The translations under genes and the position numbers were made by a program. 32,000 nucleotides of DNA, from NCBI RefSeq assembly GCF_000011805.1, contig NC_006840.2, one strand, 5' to 3'. The DNA comes from Aliivibrio fischeri ES114 (GTDB taxonomy: Bacteria > Pseudomonadota > Gammaproteobacteria > Enterobacterales > Vibrionaceae). Positions 1-11,046 of this stretch are shown piece by piece. Position 1 is the stretch's first letter; each line of letters opens with the position of its first letter. The notes under the pieces are model-generated. The model did no database searches, was not told where the DNA came from, and saw only the letters and a program-made list of their open reading frames with translations.

Positions 1-126
1 TTAAAAGCATTGAAAGGACACCGAGTTGTCGGTGGTATGCGTGCTTCAATTTATAATGCAATGCCATTAGAAGGTGTTGAAGCGCTTGTGCAATTTATGA
101 AAGAGTTTGAAGAGAAGTACGTTTAG
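1..126 (+). CDS. serC: Phosphoserine aminotransferase, C-terminal fragment (truncated by window start)
   Basis: Frame 1 reads [41 protein letters not shown], matching the conserved SerC C-terminus ([11 protein letters not shown]). Confidence 0.88.
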
Positions 127-150
127 GTATTGCTCTTATTAACTGATACG

Positions 151-187
151 AAAAAGCCGATATGATGATGCTCATATCGGCTTTTTT
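151..187. terminator. Bidirectional intrinsic terminator between serC and cydC
   Basis: Inverted repeat aaaaagccgatatga-tgatgc-tcatatcggctttttt with A/T tracts on both sides, between convergent genes. Confidence 0.85.
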
Positions 188-215
188 ATATTCTTAGGTT
201 ATCTATCTAAGGTAA

Positions 216-1937
216 TTAAAAGCGTTGCCATAATTGGTGGTAAGCACCTTTAAGAGATAGGAGGCTATCATGTGTACCTTGCTCAACGATTTCACCGTGA
301 TCCATCAAACAAATATGATCCATCTGTTCTAGGTTCACAAGACGGTGTGTAATAAACACAACGGTTTTATGTTCAATGTGTTTATTAAGTACCGACATGA
401 TTTGTTGTTCGGTTTTTTGATCTAAACCTTCTGTTGGTTCATCCAATAGCACAATAGGTGCATCATGTAATAACGCTCGTGCAATTCCAATTCGGCGACG
501 TTCACCACCAGAGAGTTGTCGGCCACCATCGCCTAACCAAGCATTCAGACCTTCGTCGGTTGTTAAATCTTCCAAACCAACTTGATTTAACGTTTCCGTC
601 AGTTTTTCATCGCTTGCTGTATCATCGGCAAGCAGTAAGTTATCTCGCAGAGAGCCATTTAAAATATCCACTCGTTGGCTTACCACTGACATTGCACTAC
701 GAAGATTCGCTTCTTTCCATTTAGGTAACTTCACACCATCAATAGCGATGTAGCCTGATTTAGGATCCCACTGACGAGTTAGCAACTGTAGTAAGGTTGA
801 TTTACCAGAGCCAGTTTGACCTACAATGGCCATTTTTTGTCCTGCAAGTAGATCAAGTGAGATGGCATTAATTGCATTGGTATCGGCATCCATGTATTGG
901 TAATCAACATTTGAGATGGTTAAATTACCTTTGATGGCTTGATCAACGCCGTTTTCATCAAAGACAGTATCAGGTTCTGCTGTGATGATTTCATTCAGGC
1001 GACGAGCCGAGCTTAGTGTTTGTCCTAGATATTGAAAGGCACCCGCTATTGGCATAAGCAGTTCAAAACTTGCCATTGTCGCAAATGCAACCATCGCAAC
1101 CATAGGGTCAGGCGTCATTCCTGCAATACCGTCGCCTGCAATCCACAACATTAATAGTAGCGTCCAGCCATTAGCTAGCAGTAATAGACCATTTGCTAAT
1201 CCTGTTAATGCTGCCATGCGGTGTTGGTTAGCTAATAGTGCAGTTTGTGCATCAAGAATGCGTTGACGGTATTGAGCTTCCGCACCAAAAATGCGTAATT
1301 CAGCATTACCTTGTAGCCAATCTAAGGTTTTGATCCTCAGTATTGCTTTATTTTGAGTTAGCTCTGAGCCATTGTGCTTACCTAACTTGTAGAATAGCGT
1401 TGGCCAGATTAGCAATAAAGAAAGTAAAATAGCACCAAGAGTTAGGCCGATAGTGATATCAAACCATGCAAGAAATGCAGTCAGTCCAATAATACCTAAA
1501 GTACCGACAATAATTGGGCTAACTAAACGTAAATATACATGGTCCATTGCATCAACATCAGCAACAAGACGGTTTAATAAATCCGCATCACGTAGCTTTG
1601 AGAAACGACCTGGGATAAGCGGTATTAGTTTCTTAAAGAAGAAAATACGTAATTCAGTTAGTAGTTTGAATGTGGCGTTGTGGCTAACAACACGTTCGCC
1701 CCATCGTCCAGCAGTACGGCCAATAGAGAAACCACGAACGGCACCGGCTGGAAGCATATAGTTGAATGTTTCTCTTGCAATGGTTAAACCTGCAATAGCT
1801 GAAGCTGAGATAAACCAGCCAGAAATTGTTAGCAAACCAATAGAAGCAAACAAAGTAGCAAAGCTGAGTAGCATACCAAGCGTTAAGCCGAACCAATGTT
1901 TTTTATAGAGTTTGATATAAGGAAGTAAATCACGCAT
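216..1937 (-). CDS. cydC: Heme/glutathione (cysteine) ABC exporter, ATP-binding/permease subunit CydC
   Basis: ABC exporter with N-terminal TM domain, Walker A GQTGSGKST, signature LSGGERRRIGIARAL and Walker B PIVLLDEP. Adjacent to cydD. The ORF track starts at a GTG at 1946; ATG (MRDLLPYIK) at 1937 is the more likely start. Confidence 0.93.
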   Translation of the reverse strand: MRDLLPYIKLYKKHWFGLTLGMLLSFATLFASIGLLTISGWFISASAIAGLTIARETFNYMLPAGAVRGFSIGRTAGRWGERVVSHNATFKLLTELRIFFFKKLIPLIPGRFSKLRDADLLNRLVADVDAMDHVYLRLVSPIIVGTLGIIGLTAFLAWFDITIGLTLGAILLSLLLIWPTLFYKLGKHNGSELTQNKAILRIKTLDWLQGNAELRIFGAEAQYRQRILDAQTALLANQHRMAALTGLANGLLLLANGWTLLLMLWIAGDGIAGMTPDPMVAMVAFATMASFELLMPIAGAFQYLGQTLSSARRLNEIITAEPDTVFDENGVDQAIKGNLTISNVDYQYMDADTNAINAISLDLLAGQKMAIVGQTGSGKSTLLQLLTRQWDPKSGYIAIDGVKLPKWKEANLRSAMSVVSQRVDILNGSLRDNLLLADDTASDEKLTETLNQVGLEDLTTDEGLNAWLGDGGRQLSGGERRRIGIARALLHDAPIVLLDEPTEGLDQKTEQQIMSVLNKHIEHKTVVFITHRLVNLEQMDHICLMDHGEIVEQGTHDSLLSLKGAYHQLWQRF

Positions 1938-3702
1938 CGAGATCACCTTGCACTGGTTGTTTTGCCGCTAGCATATTCGCAAATAGGCCAGAATCTTTTA
2001 TCTCATCAAATGAGCCAGATTGAACTATTTTCCCTTTATCTAATACAAGGATAGAGTCCATTGCATGCAGTTGATCTAAGCGGTGAGTGATCATTAATGT
2101 AGTTAAGCCTTGAGTCGCTTGATTTAAGCTCTTCATTACTAAACGTTCACTTTTTGCATCAAGACTTGCTGTTGGTTCATCTAAGATCCATAAACGTCCT
2201 TGTTGCAATAATGCTCTTGCTAATGCCAGTCGCTGTGCTTGTCCTACAGATAAACCACCTGAACGATCAGAAATCGCATGTTGATAACCAAGATCGGCAA
2301 TAAACTCGTTAGCGAATGCATGCTCACATGCTGTATCTAGTTGTTCTTGAGTAATGTCTTGCTTACCTAGGGTGATGTTTTCCTGAATAGTACCGTGAAC
2401 CAATGTTGGGTTTTGACCGACCCAGTTGATTTCTTTATACCATTCAGTTTTATCTAACTCTGATAATTCAAGGCCATTAACTTTGATACTTCCTTGATAT
2501 GGAAGGAAGCCAAGAATGGCATTAATCAAACTTGTTTTACCAGCACCACTAGGACCAATAAGTGCAGTTTGAGAGCCTTCTTCTAGATGGAAACTAATAG
2601 GACCTAAGAGGTTTTTTCCATCGTGAGTCGTTACGATTAACTCTTCAACTTGAATATCGAGGGTTGAAGATTCAGAGACTTTTTTATCACCTTGAGCTTG
2701 CTGTTCTGTTTTGGTGTCTAGAAATTCAACCAGCGATTCTGCAGCACCGATCGCTTGTGCTTTGGCGTGATAGAAGGTACCTAAATCACGAAGTGGTTGA
2801 TAGAACTCCGGAGCAAGAATAAGAATAAATAGGCCTGTAAACAGAGTAACAGTTGTTCCGTAATGACCGAAATCTAGCTCACCAATAAACGTAAAACCGA
2901 AGTAAACCGCAACAATAGCAATCGAAATTGAAGTGAAAAACTCTAGAACAGCTGACGATAAGAATGCCAGTCTCAGTACTTCCATCGTACGTTTACGGAA
3001 AATTTCCGAAGCACCATGTAAGTGTCCAGTTTCTTGTGCTGTTTTATTGAATAAGCGTATGGTTGTCATTGATTGCAGACGATCATAAAAATGACCAGAT
3101 AAACGTTGCAATGCTTTAAAATTTCGTCGGTTAGCATCTGCAGCTCCCATACCAACTAGTGCCATAAATAATGGAACTAACGGAGCGGTAAGCAAAAAGA
3201 TTAACCCAGCAGTCCAGTTTTGAGGGAACACCACGATTAATATAACAAACGGAATTAAAACCGATAGAGACATTTGTGGAAGGTAGCGAGAGAAGAAGTC
3301 TTGCATGTCTTCAACTTGTTCAAGTAATAAGGTTGCCCATGTACCAGCAGGTTTCCCTTTGATATAAGCAGGGCCTAATTCTTGAAGTTTATTCAAAATC
3401 AATTGTCGAATGTGTACTCGAATGTGTTCACCACATCGGTAACCTGCAATCTCTCGTCCCCAGCTACAAAGGGCACGAATAGCAACAAACACTAAGATAG
3501 CAACAAAGTGCGAAATCAGTTCGTATTTATCGACTTGTTCTACGATTAATTGGTGCAGAATATCGGCAAGTAATGCCGCTTGAGCAATAAGAAAAAGACT
3601 GGAAAGAAAGCCGAGCCCGATAGAGAGGGTTAGCCATTTTTTTGCAAGCTTGCTTTGACCCTTGAGCCATTTACCTAACTCGCGTTGTTGTATTTTATCC
3701 AT
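1930..3702 (-). CDS. cydD: Heme/glutathione (cysteine) ABC exporter, ATP-binding/permease subunit CydD
   Basis: Walker A GPSGAGKTS, signature LSVGQAQRLALARAL, Walker B LWILDEP; CydD-like TM domain. Its stop overlaps the cydC start by about 8 bp. Confidence 0.93.
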   Translation of the reverse strand: MDKIQQRELGKWLKGQSKLAKKWLTLSIGLGFLSSLFLIAQAALLADILHQLIVEQVDKYELISHFVAILVFVAIRALCSWGREIAGYRCGEHIRVHIRQLILNKLQELGPAYIKGKPAGTWATLLLEQVEDMQDFFSRYLPQMSLSVLIPFVILIVVFPQNWTAGLIFLLTAPLVPLFMALVGMGAADANRRNFKALQRLSGHFYDRLQSMTTIRLFNKTAQETGHLHGASEIFRKRTMEVLRLAFLSSAVLEFFTSISIAIVAVYFGFTFIGELDFGHYGTTVTLFTGLFILILAPEFYQPLRDLGTFYHAKAQAIGAAESLVEFLDTKTEQQAQGDKKVSESSTLDIQVEELIVTTHDGKNLLGPISFHLEEGSQTALIGPSGAGKTSLINAILGFLPYQGSIKVNGLELSELDKTEWYKEINWVGQNPTLVHGTIQENITLGKQDITQEQLDTACEHAFANEFIADLGYQHAISDRSGGLSVGQAQRLALARALLQQGRLWILDEPTASLDAKSERLVMKSLNQATQGLTTLMITHRLDQLHAMDSILVLDKGKIVQSGSFDEIKDSGLFANMLAAKQPVQGDLDA

Positions 3703-3810
3703 AATATTGAAAGCTTACGTTTTGTATTATTTTGCACGCACTACTTTTCTATTTTAATAATTTGAATATCAGAAAAAATAGGCACATCAACAAAATAAGA
3801 TGAGCAAAAG

Positions 3811-3836
3811 AAACCCGAAGCATTAACTTCGGGTTT
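3811..3836 (-). terminator. Possible intrinsic terminator downstream of trxB
   Basis: Hairpin aaacccgaag-cattaa-cttcgggttt just beyond the trxB stop. Confidence 0.55.
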
Positions 3837-3854
3837 AACGTTAACATAGATAGT

Positions 3855-4832
<978 letters not shown>

Positions 4833-4917
4833 CTAAAACAAAAAATAGAGAAAGAGGAAGGTAACATCGAGTTATCAACCAATATCCTGATTGTAGGGAA
4901 TTTATTCGATGAAAGAA

Positions 4918-4939
4918 AGGGCACCGTAATAAGCGCCCT
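4918..4939 (-). terminator. Weak possible terminator downstream of ald
   Basis: On the minus strand agggcgc-ttattacg-gtgccct followed by ttctttc. Imperfect stem and weak U-tract. Confidence 0.35.
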
Positions 4940-4967
4940 AAAATGATTTGGTTATAGGATATGCTTT

Positions 4968-6086
4968 TTAAGCACTGATAGCCGTTTCAGGAGCAACGTA
5001 TTCTAAGTCGAAACTTTCTGCTACTTCTTTGCAGGTTACTTTTCCGTGAATAACGTTCAAACCACCTAAAAAGCCTTTATCTTCTAATAAAGCCGCTTTA
5101 TATCCCTTATCTGCTAATTTAATTATGTAAGGAAGTGTTGCATTATTTAGGGCAAATGTAGAGGTTCGAGCAACCGCTCCTGGCATGTTAGCAACACAAT
5201 AATGAACAACATCATCCACAATATAAGTTGGGTCAGCATGAGTGGTGGCATGAGAGGTTTCAAAACAACCGCCTTGGTCAATGGCAACATCAACAACGGC
5301 TGCGCCCGGTTTCATGCGTTTAATATGTTCTGCTGTAATTAACTTAGGTGCTGCTGCGCCCGGAATAAGTACGGCACCAACGACTAAATCAGCTTCTAGG
5401 ACGTGTTTTTCAATGGCATCAACCGTAGAATAAACGACTTTAGCTCGACCTTGAAACTCTTCATCTAGATGACGTAGCGTATCGATATTGCGATCTAATA
5501 TGGTGACATCAGCACGCATTCCTACGGCCATACGAGCAGCATTTGCTCCAACAACACCACCGCCAACAATGACGACTTTTGCAGGTTCAACACCCGGAAC
5601 ACCACCTAAAAGTAAGCCTCGACCCCCATTTGATTTTTCTAATGTTTGTGCACCTGCTTGAATGGACATTCGACCTGCAACTTCTGACATTGGCGCTAAT
5701 AGTGGCAGACGACCCATATTATCTGTTACAGTCTCATATGCGATGCAGACAGCTTTACTCTTGATTAGGTCTTTAGTTTGTGGAAGATCTGGTGCAAGAT
5801 GTAAATACGTGAATAAAATTTGCCCTTCACGAAGCATTGCACGCTCAACAGCCTGAGGTTCTTTAACTTTAATAATCATTTCAGCTTTAGCAAATACGTC
5901 TTCAGCTGTAGGAAGAATGGATGCACCAACCGCGATGTAGTCTTCGTCGGTAAAACCAATGCCTGAGCCGGCTTTTGTTTCGACAAATACGGTGTGGCCA
6001 TGAGATATTAATTCGCGAACACTCGCAGGGATCATACCAACGCGATATTCATGATTTTTTATTTCTTTAGGTACTCCAATGATCAT
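4968..6086 (-). CDS. ald: Alanine dehydrogenase
   Basis: MIIGVPKEIKNHEYRVGMIPASV start, catalytic region YLHLAPD, NAD-binding VVIVGGGVVGANAARMAVGMRADVTILD. Confidence 0.96.
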   Translation of the reverse strand: MIIGVPKEIKNHEYRVGMIPASVRELISHGHTVFVETKAGSGIGFTDEDYIAVGASILPTAEDVFAKAEMIIKVKEPQAVERAMLREGQILFTYLHLAPDLPQTKDLIKSKAVCIAYETVTDNMGRLPLLAPMSEVAGRMSIQAGAQTLEKSNGGRGLLLGGVPGVEPAKVVIVGGGVVGANAARMAVGMRADVTILDRNIDTLRHLDEEFQGRAKVVYSTVDAIEKHVLEADLVVGAVLIPGAAAPKLITAEHIKRMKPGAAVVDVAIDQGGCFETSHATTHADPTYIVDDVVHYCVANMPGAVARTSTFALNNATLPYIIKLADKGYKAALLEDKGFLGGLNVIHGKVTCKEVAESFDLEYVAPETAISA

Positions 6087-6242
6087 CCTGATTTCCTTTT
6101 GTTTTATGGTTATTATGACTGGTTGTAGGGTTTTTGTTTCGAGTTTTTATCTAGTATAGATTGTAAATGGCAAAATTTGATGCTAAATATTAAAAAGTTG
6201 TAGTATATTTTTTTGCAAGGAAGTAATAAGGTGGAATAAAAA

Positions 6243-6734
6243 ATGGTAGATAATAAGAAACCTTCCAAGGAACTGGATCGTATCGATCGCAATATTTTGA
6301 ATGAACTCCAGAAAGATGGTCGAATTTCAAATGTTGAATTATCTAAGAGAGTAGGCCTGTCGCCAACTCCATGTTTAGAGCGCGTTCGCCGTCTAGAACG
6401 CCAAGGGTATATCAATGGTTATACAGCATTGTTAAACCCGCAATATCTTGATGCGTCATTATTAGTATTTGTTGAAATCACGTTAAACCGTGGTGCACCG
6501 GATGTATTTGAACAATTTAATGCTGCAGTACAGTTATTAGACGATATTCAAGAGTGTCATCTTGTATCGGGTGATTTTGACTATCTTTTAAAGACTCGTG
6601 TATCAGATATGAGTGCTTATCGTCGATTACTTGGTGATACACTATTACGACTTCCGGGCGTTAACGACACTCGTACTTATGTTGTTATGGAAGAAGTAAA
6701 ACAAACGAACCATTTAGTGATTAAGACTCGCTAA
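6243..6734 (+). CDS. lrp: Leucine-responsive regulatory protein Lrp
   Basis: HTH LDRIDRNILNELQKDGRISNVELSKRVGLSPTPCLERVRRLERQGYI and C-terminal RAM domain. Divergent from ald and upstream of ftsK. Confidence 0.95.
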   Translation: MVDNKKPSKELDRIDRNILNELQKDGRISNVELSKRVGLSPTPCLERVRRLERQGYINGYTALLNPQYLDASLLVFVEITLNRGAPDVFEQFNAAVQLLDDIQECHLVSGDFDYLLKTRVSDMSAYRRLLGDTLLRLPGVNDTRTYVVMEEVKQTNHLVIKTR

Positions 6735-6844
6735 TTGAAGCAAGATTGTAAATATCGAGATATTTTCTTTATTTTTACAAAAACTTGCAGAGCTTAATGG
6801 CATTTTAGGTATATTATTTACCTGTGATTACTATTAAGTAATGA

Positions 6845-6873
6845 CGAGCGGCGTAGTGCCGCTCGACTTGTTT
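6845..6873 (+). terminator. GC-rich hairpin, probable terminator between lrp and ftsK
   Basis: cgagcggc-gtagt-gccgctcg followed by acttgtttttatttt, downstream of lrp. Confidence 0.55.
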
Positions 6874-6956
6874 TTATTTTATAGAGATTCAGTGATCCTT
6901 GCTTCTCCTCGAATTCGCATTTTAAAGAGGGATGACTAAATCTAAGTATCGTATCA

Positions 6957-9900
6957 ATGGACAGTATTTTGTTTACAAAGATTAAAGAAAAAATTGCAGA
7001 AAGAAAAACACAGCTTACGACATTAAAAGTTGAGGCCGTGGCAGAACCTGAAAAAGAGCGTTTGAATGGCAACCAACGCCTACAAGAAGCGCTTTTTATC
7101 GTAGGTTTACTCGCAACAATATTCATCACGATTTCATTATTGAGTTTTAATCCTGCCGATCCATCATGGACACAAACTGCATGGGCTGGGTCAGTAGAAA
7201 ATGCAGGTGGTTCATTTGGTGCGTGGATTGCTGATACGCTGTTTTTTGCTTTTGGATCTTTAGCTTATTTATTGCCTGTGATCTTACTTGGCTGTACTTG
7301 GATTGTTTTCCGTAGAAGAGAAGAAGAGCAAGAAAGTGAATTAGATTTTATGATGATTGGTACTCGTATTTTAGGGTTACTGATCTTGTTCTTAACAAGC
7401 TGTGCTTTAGCGGATACTAACTTTGATGACCTTTGGTATTTCTCATCTGGTGGTGTCGTTGGTGATGTTTTAACTAGCATTACAAACCCTATTTTAAATG
7501 TATTGGGTTCTACGCTTATCTTCATGTTCTTATGGGGCGCAGGTTTAACTTTATTTACTGGTGTATCTTGGTTAACGATAGTCGATAACCTAGGTGGTTT
7601 TGTTTTAGAAGCAACTCGTGCTTTAGTAAATAAGGTTCGTAAAACAGAAGATGAAACTTACGAAGTTGAGAATGAACAACCAATCGTAGAAAGCAAACCT
7701 GAATCTTCTCAACCATTTGCTTCTGCACCGTCGATGACGGTGGTTGAAGACGATGAACCACTTGACCCATATGCGACACCTAAGATCTCTGCAAGCGATT
7801 TACCACGTTTTGGTGCCGCTGGGGCGGGTGTAGTTGCTGCGGCATCTGTTTCGGCTGCGAAAGCGGATGATGATTTTTATTCGACAGATGATGACCCTCT
7901 GTTTTCAACATCGACGGTTGATGTATTTTCTGATAATTCAGAAGTATCTCAACCTTATGAAGATCCATTATTTACAACGAATACGTACATTGATGAGCCA
8001 AATGTGGCTGATTCAACAGTAGCTCCAGAAGAGTTTAATACTCAGGAGGTTACTGAAGTTGCTCAAGACTTAGAAAGCAATGTTGAAACGATGCAGGTAA
8101 ATCAAGAACCAGAACTATTAGAAGATGGTTTGAATTTATCTATGCGTAGTAATGCGACGATTGCAGAGCTTGATCATGAGGCTTTAGAACAAGATCCATT
8201 ATTGAGTCAAGTTGATGCTGAAACTGCCTTTGTGCAGAATGCCACCGCAGCAGCTGTTACTACTGCAGCTATGAGCAGTGACGCTTTACCTGACGTTTCA
8301 ATTGATACTCCAGAAATGCCTACATCAGGATTTGAAACACAGGATAGTGCATTTGAACCATCGTTTAGTGCAACCCAAGAAGTAGAAAAAAATACAGAAC
8401 AAGTTCATTCTGTTTTTGCTGAAGAAGAGTCAGTAACGTCTCCAGTTTCAACTCCAGAAGCGAGTGAGGACTATGCCACTTCTTTTGAAGAAGATAATAC
8501 CGTTGGGTCTGATGATACAGTTAGCTTTGATTCTGCTGATTATAACGTTGAAGAAGATGACGCATTAACGACTCAAGCTCACTTCTCTGCTCAAGAAGCA
8601 TCAGAAAGTGAAGAAGAATCTGCGTTACCAACATTCAGTGCAGTAGAGGCTGATGATATTGATGATGAACCAAGCTTCGATCAATCTCAACATCAGGTTG
8701 CTGATACGCCTGAAGTTAATGTTACGCCTGTTGCCGAGCCTGTTTTTGAAGAAGTACTTGAAGATGAAACGCCAACGCACTCTGATGCTGATGTAGCCGC
8801 GTTCCAAGCGCTAGTTGCAAAAGAAAAGGCGACTCAGGCAGCATTACAAAATCCGTTTTTAGTACAGTCAGAGCCAAATTTACCAAAACCAACATCACCA
8901 ATGCCGACGTTGGATTTGCTTTACTCACCAGATACGCGTGAAGAGCTAGAGTCTCGTGAATCGTTAGAGCATACGGCACGTTTAGTTGAAGCTAAATTAG
9001 CGGATTACAAAATTAAAGCTCGTGTGGTGGATATTTTCCCAGGGCCTGTAATTACCCGATTTGAATTAGATTTAGCGCCGGGTGTTAAGGTTAGCCGTAT
9101 CTCAGGCCTAGCGATGGACTTAGCTCGTTCACTATCAGCAATGGCTGTGCGTGTCGTTGAAGTTATTCCGGGCAAACCATATGTTGGTCTTGAATTACCT
9201 AACTTTAATCGACAAACCGTTTTCTTCTCTGATGTTGTAGGTAGCCAGAAGTTTATTGAAGCTAAGTCTCCAACAACGGTTGTAATGGGACAAGATATTG
9301 CTGGTGAAGCGATCATTGCTGACCTTGCAAAAATGCCTCACGTATTGGTTGCAGGTACAACAGGTTCAGGTAAATCAGTTGGTGTAAACGTAATGATCTT
9401 GAGTGTGCTTTATAAAGCGACACCAGAAGATGTACGTTTCATTATGATCGATCCAAAAATGTTGGAACTTTCTATCTATGAAGGAATCCCACACTTATTG
9501 ACGGAAGTGGTAACGGACATGAAAGACGCAGGTAATGCTCTGCGTTGGTGTGTTGGTGAAATGGAACGTCGTTATAAGTTAATGTCTGCATTAGGTGTTC
9601 GAAATCTAAAAGGCTTTAACGATAAGTTAAAAATGGCAGCTGAAGCGGGACACCCAATCCACGATCCATTATGGAAACCGGGTGACAGCATGGACGAAAT
9701 GCCGCCATTGCTTGAGAAGCTACCATCTATCGTTGTTATCGTTGATGAATTTGCTGACTTAATGATGGTTGTTGGTAAGAAAGTAGAAGAATTGATTGCA
9801 CGATTGGCTCAAAAAGCACGTGCAGCCGGTATTCACTTAATTCTTGCGACGCAACGTCCATCTGTTGATGTTATTACGGGTTTGATTAAAGCAAACATCC

Positions 9901-10391
9901 CAACACGTGTGGCGTTTACGGTATCAACTAAAACCGACTCAAGAACCATTCTTGACCAAGGTGGTGCAGAGTCACTACTAGGTATGGGTGACATGCTTTA
10001 TCTAGCGCCGGGTTCTAACCACACAGTACGTGTTCATGGTGCCTTTGCATCAGATGATGATGTACATGCGGTAGTGAATGATTGGAAAGCGCGTGGTCGT
10101 CCAAACTATATTGATGCGATTACTAAGAGTGATCAAGGTGCTGAAGCATTACTTCCAGGAGAAAAACCTGAAGGTGAAGAAGAGTTAGATCAGCTGTTTG
10201 ATCAGGTGGTTGAGTTTGTAATAACATCACGTCGTGGTTCAGTGTCAGGCGTGCAGCGTCAATTTAGAATCGGCTATAACCGAGCTGCTCGTATTGTCGA
10301 ACAATTAGAAGCGCATGGCATTGTTAGTACTCCGGGTCACAATGGTAACCGTGAAGTAATTGCACCGCCTCCTGTAGGTATGCACGATTAA
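6957..10391 (+). CDS. ftsK: DNA translocase FtsK
   Basis: N-terminal multi-TM region ([30 protein letters not shown]), long acidic linker, motor domain with Walker [16 protein letters not shown] and Walker [15 protein letters not shown]-terminal gamma winged-helix ([27 protein letters not shown]). Confidence 0.97.
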   Translation: MDSILFTKIKEKIAERKTQLTTLKVEAVAEPEKERLNGNQRLQEALFIVGLLATIFITISLLSFNPADPSWTQTAWAGSVENAGGSFGAWIADTLFFAFGSLAYLLPVILLGCTWIVFRRREEEQESELDFMMIGTRILGLLILFLTSCALADTNFDDLWYFSSGGVVGDVLTSITNPILNVLGSTLIFMFLWGAGLTLFTGVSWLTIVDNLGGFVLEATRALVNKVRKTEDETYEVENEQPIVESKPESSQPFASAPSMTVVEDDEPLDPYATPKISASDLPRFGAAGAGVVAAASVSAAKADDDFYSTDDDPLFSTSTVDVFSDNSEVSQPYEDPLFTTNTYIDEPNVADSTVAPEEFNTQEVTEVAQDLESNVETMQVNQEPELLEDGLNLSMRSNATIAELDHEALEQDPLLSQVDAETAFVQNATAAAVTTAAMSSDALPDVSIDTPEMPTSGFETQDSAFEPSFSATQEVEKNTEQVHSVFAEEESVTSPVSTPEASEDYATSFEEDNTVGSDDTVSFDSADYNVEEDDALTTQAHFSAQEASESEEESALPTFSAVEADDIDDEPSFDQSQHQVADTPEVNVTPVAEPVFEEVLEDETPTHSDADVAAFQALVAKEKATQAALQNPFLVQSEPNLPKPTSPMPTLDLLYSPDTREELESRESLEHTARLVEAKLADYKIKARVVDIFPGPVITRFELDLAPGVKVSRISGLAMDLARSLSAMAVRVVEVIPGKPYVGLELPNFNRQTVFFSDVVGSQKFIEAKSPTTVVMGQDIAGEAIIADLAKMPHVLVAGTTGSGKSVGVNVMILSVLYKATPEDVRFIMIDPKMLELSIYEGIPHLLTEVVTDMKDAGNALRWCVGEMERRYKLMSALGVRNLKGFNDKLKMAAEAGHPIHDPLWKPGDSMDEMPPLLEKLPSIVVIVDEFADLMMVVGKKVEELIARLAQKARAAGIHLILATQRPSVDVITGLIKANIPTRVAFTVSTKTDSRTILDQGGAESLLGMGDMLYLAPGSNHTVRVHGAFASDDDVHAVVNDWKARGRPNYIDAITKSDQGAEALLPGEKPEGEEELDQLFDQVVEFVITSRRGSVSGVQRQFRIGYNRAARIVEQLEAHGIVSTPGHNGNREVIAPPPVGMHD

Positions 10392-10416
10392 TCCAAATTT
10401 TTAGAAGTGAAGTGTA

Positions 10417-11013
10417 ATGAAAAAGTTTTTATTTTCTCTCTGTTTATTAAGTTCGACGGTATTGGCATCACCTCAAAGTGAACTAACAGAACGATTGAAC
10501 CAGAATGCAGGCTTTGAAGCTGGTTTTACACAAAAAGTATTAAGCCCAGAAGGTGATGTACTAATGCAAGGCGAGGGTGATGTGAAAATCCTGCGTCCTA
10601 ATTTGTTTCGTTGGCATACACAAACGCCTGATGAAAACCTATTAGTTACCGATGGTAACACCTTGTGGTATTACAACCCATTTGTTGAGCAAGTAACATT
10701 AATGGGGTTAGAGAAAGCAACAACTCAAACACCATTCGTATTATTAACTCGTAATAAAGCGTCGGATTGGGACAATTATTCAGTGAGCCAAAATGGTGAT
10801 GCGTTTACGGTTTCACCAAAAGCAGATTCTGCTGTAAAAAGTGAATTTATTGTTCGCATCCAAGAAAACGGCAAAGTAACGGGTTTTTCGGTTGTTGAGC
10901 AAGACGGCCAACGTAGTGATTTTGACTTCACAAAATTTGAAGCAAAGAAGCCTGCTAAAGATAATTTTACATTTGCGATTCCTGATGGTGTAGATATTGA
11001 CGATCAACGTTAA
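10417..11013 (+). CDS. lolA: Outer-membrane lipoprotein carrier protein LolA
   Basis: Signal peptide MKKFLFSLCLLSSTVLA, LolA motifs (FTQKVLSPEGDVLMQGEGDVKILRPNLFRW), position between ftsK and rarA. Confidence 0.94.
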   Translation: MKKFLFSLCLLSSTVLASPQSELTERLNQNAGFEAGFTQKVLSPEGDVLMQGEGDVKILRPNLFRWHTQTPDENLLVTDGNTLWYYNPFVEQVTLMGLEKATTQTPFVLLTRNKASDWDNYSVSQNGDAFTVSPKADSAVKSEFIVRIQENGKVTGFSVVEQDGQRSDFDFTKFEAKKPAKDNFTFAIPDGVDIDDQR

Positions 11014-11046
11014 TAAGCGTGCATCTAAGAAACTAAAAGGATAAAC

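Noticed and set aside
458-724. 88-aa plus-strand ORF inside cydC
   Set aside because: Antisense to a well-supported gene, no family resemblance or independent start signals.
1453-1761. 102-aa plus-strand ORF inside cydC
   Set aside because: Antisense shadow ORF of a conserved coding region.
6932-6985. 18-codon ORF ([17 protein letters not shown]) overlapping the ftsK start as a possible leader peptide
   Set aside because: The purine-rich stretch is almost adjacent to the ATG, giving poor SD spacing, and no regulatory logic is apparent. It is too short to support.
6818-7129. 103-aa minus-strand ORF across the ftsK start
   Set aside because: Covers the intergenic hairpin and ftsK 5' end in antisense; no coding features.
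7555-8979. Several 60-86-aa antisense and out-of-frame ORFs in the ftsK linker region
   Set aside because: By-products of low-complexity Gln/Glu/Ser-rich coding sequence (poly-Q/H-like peptides on other frames).
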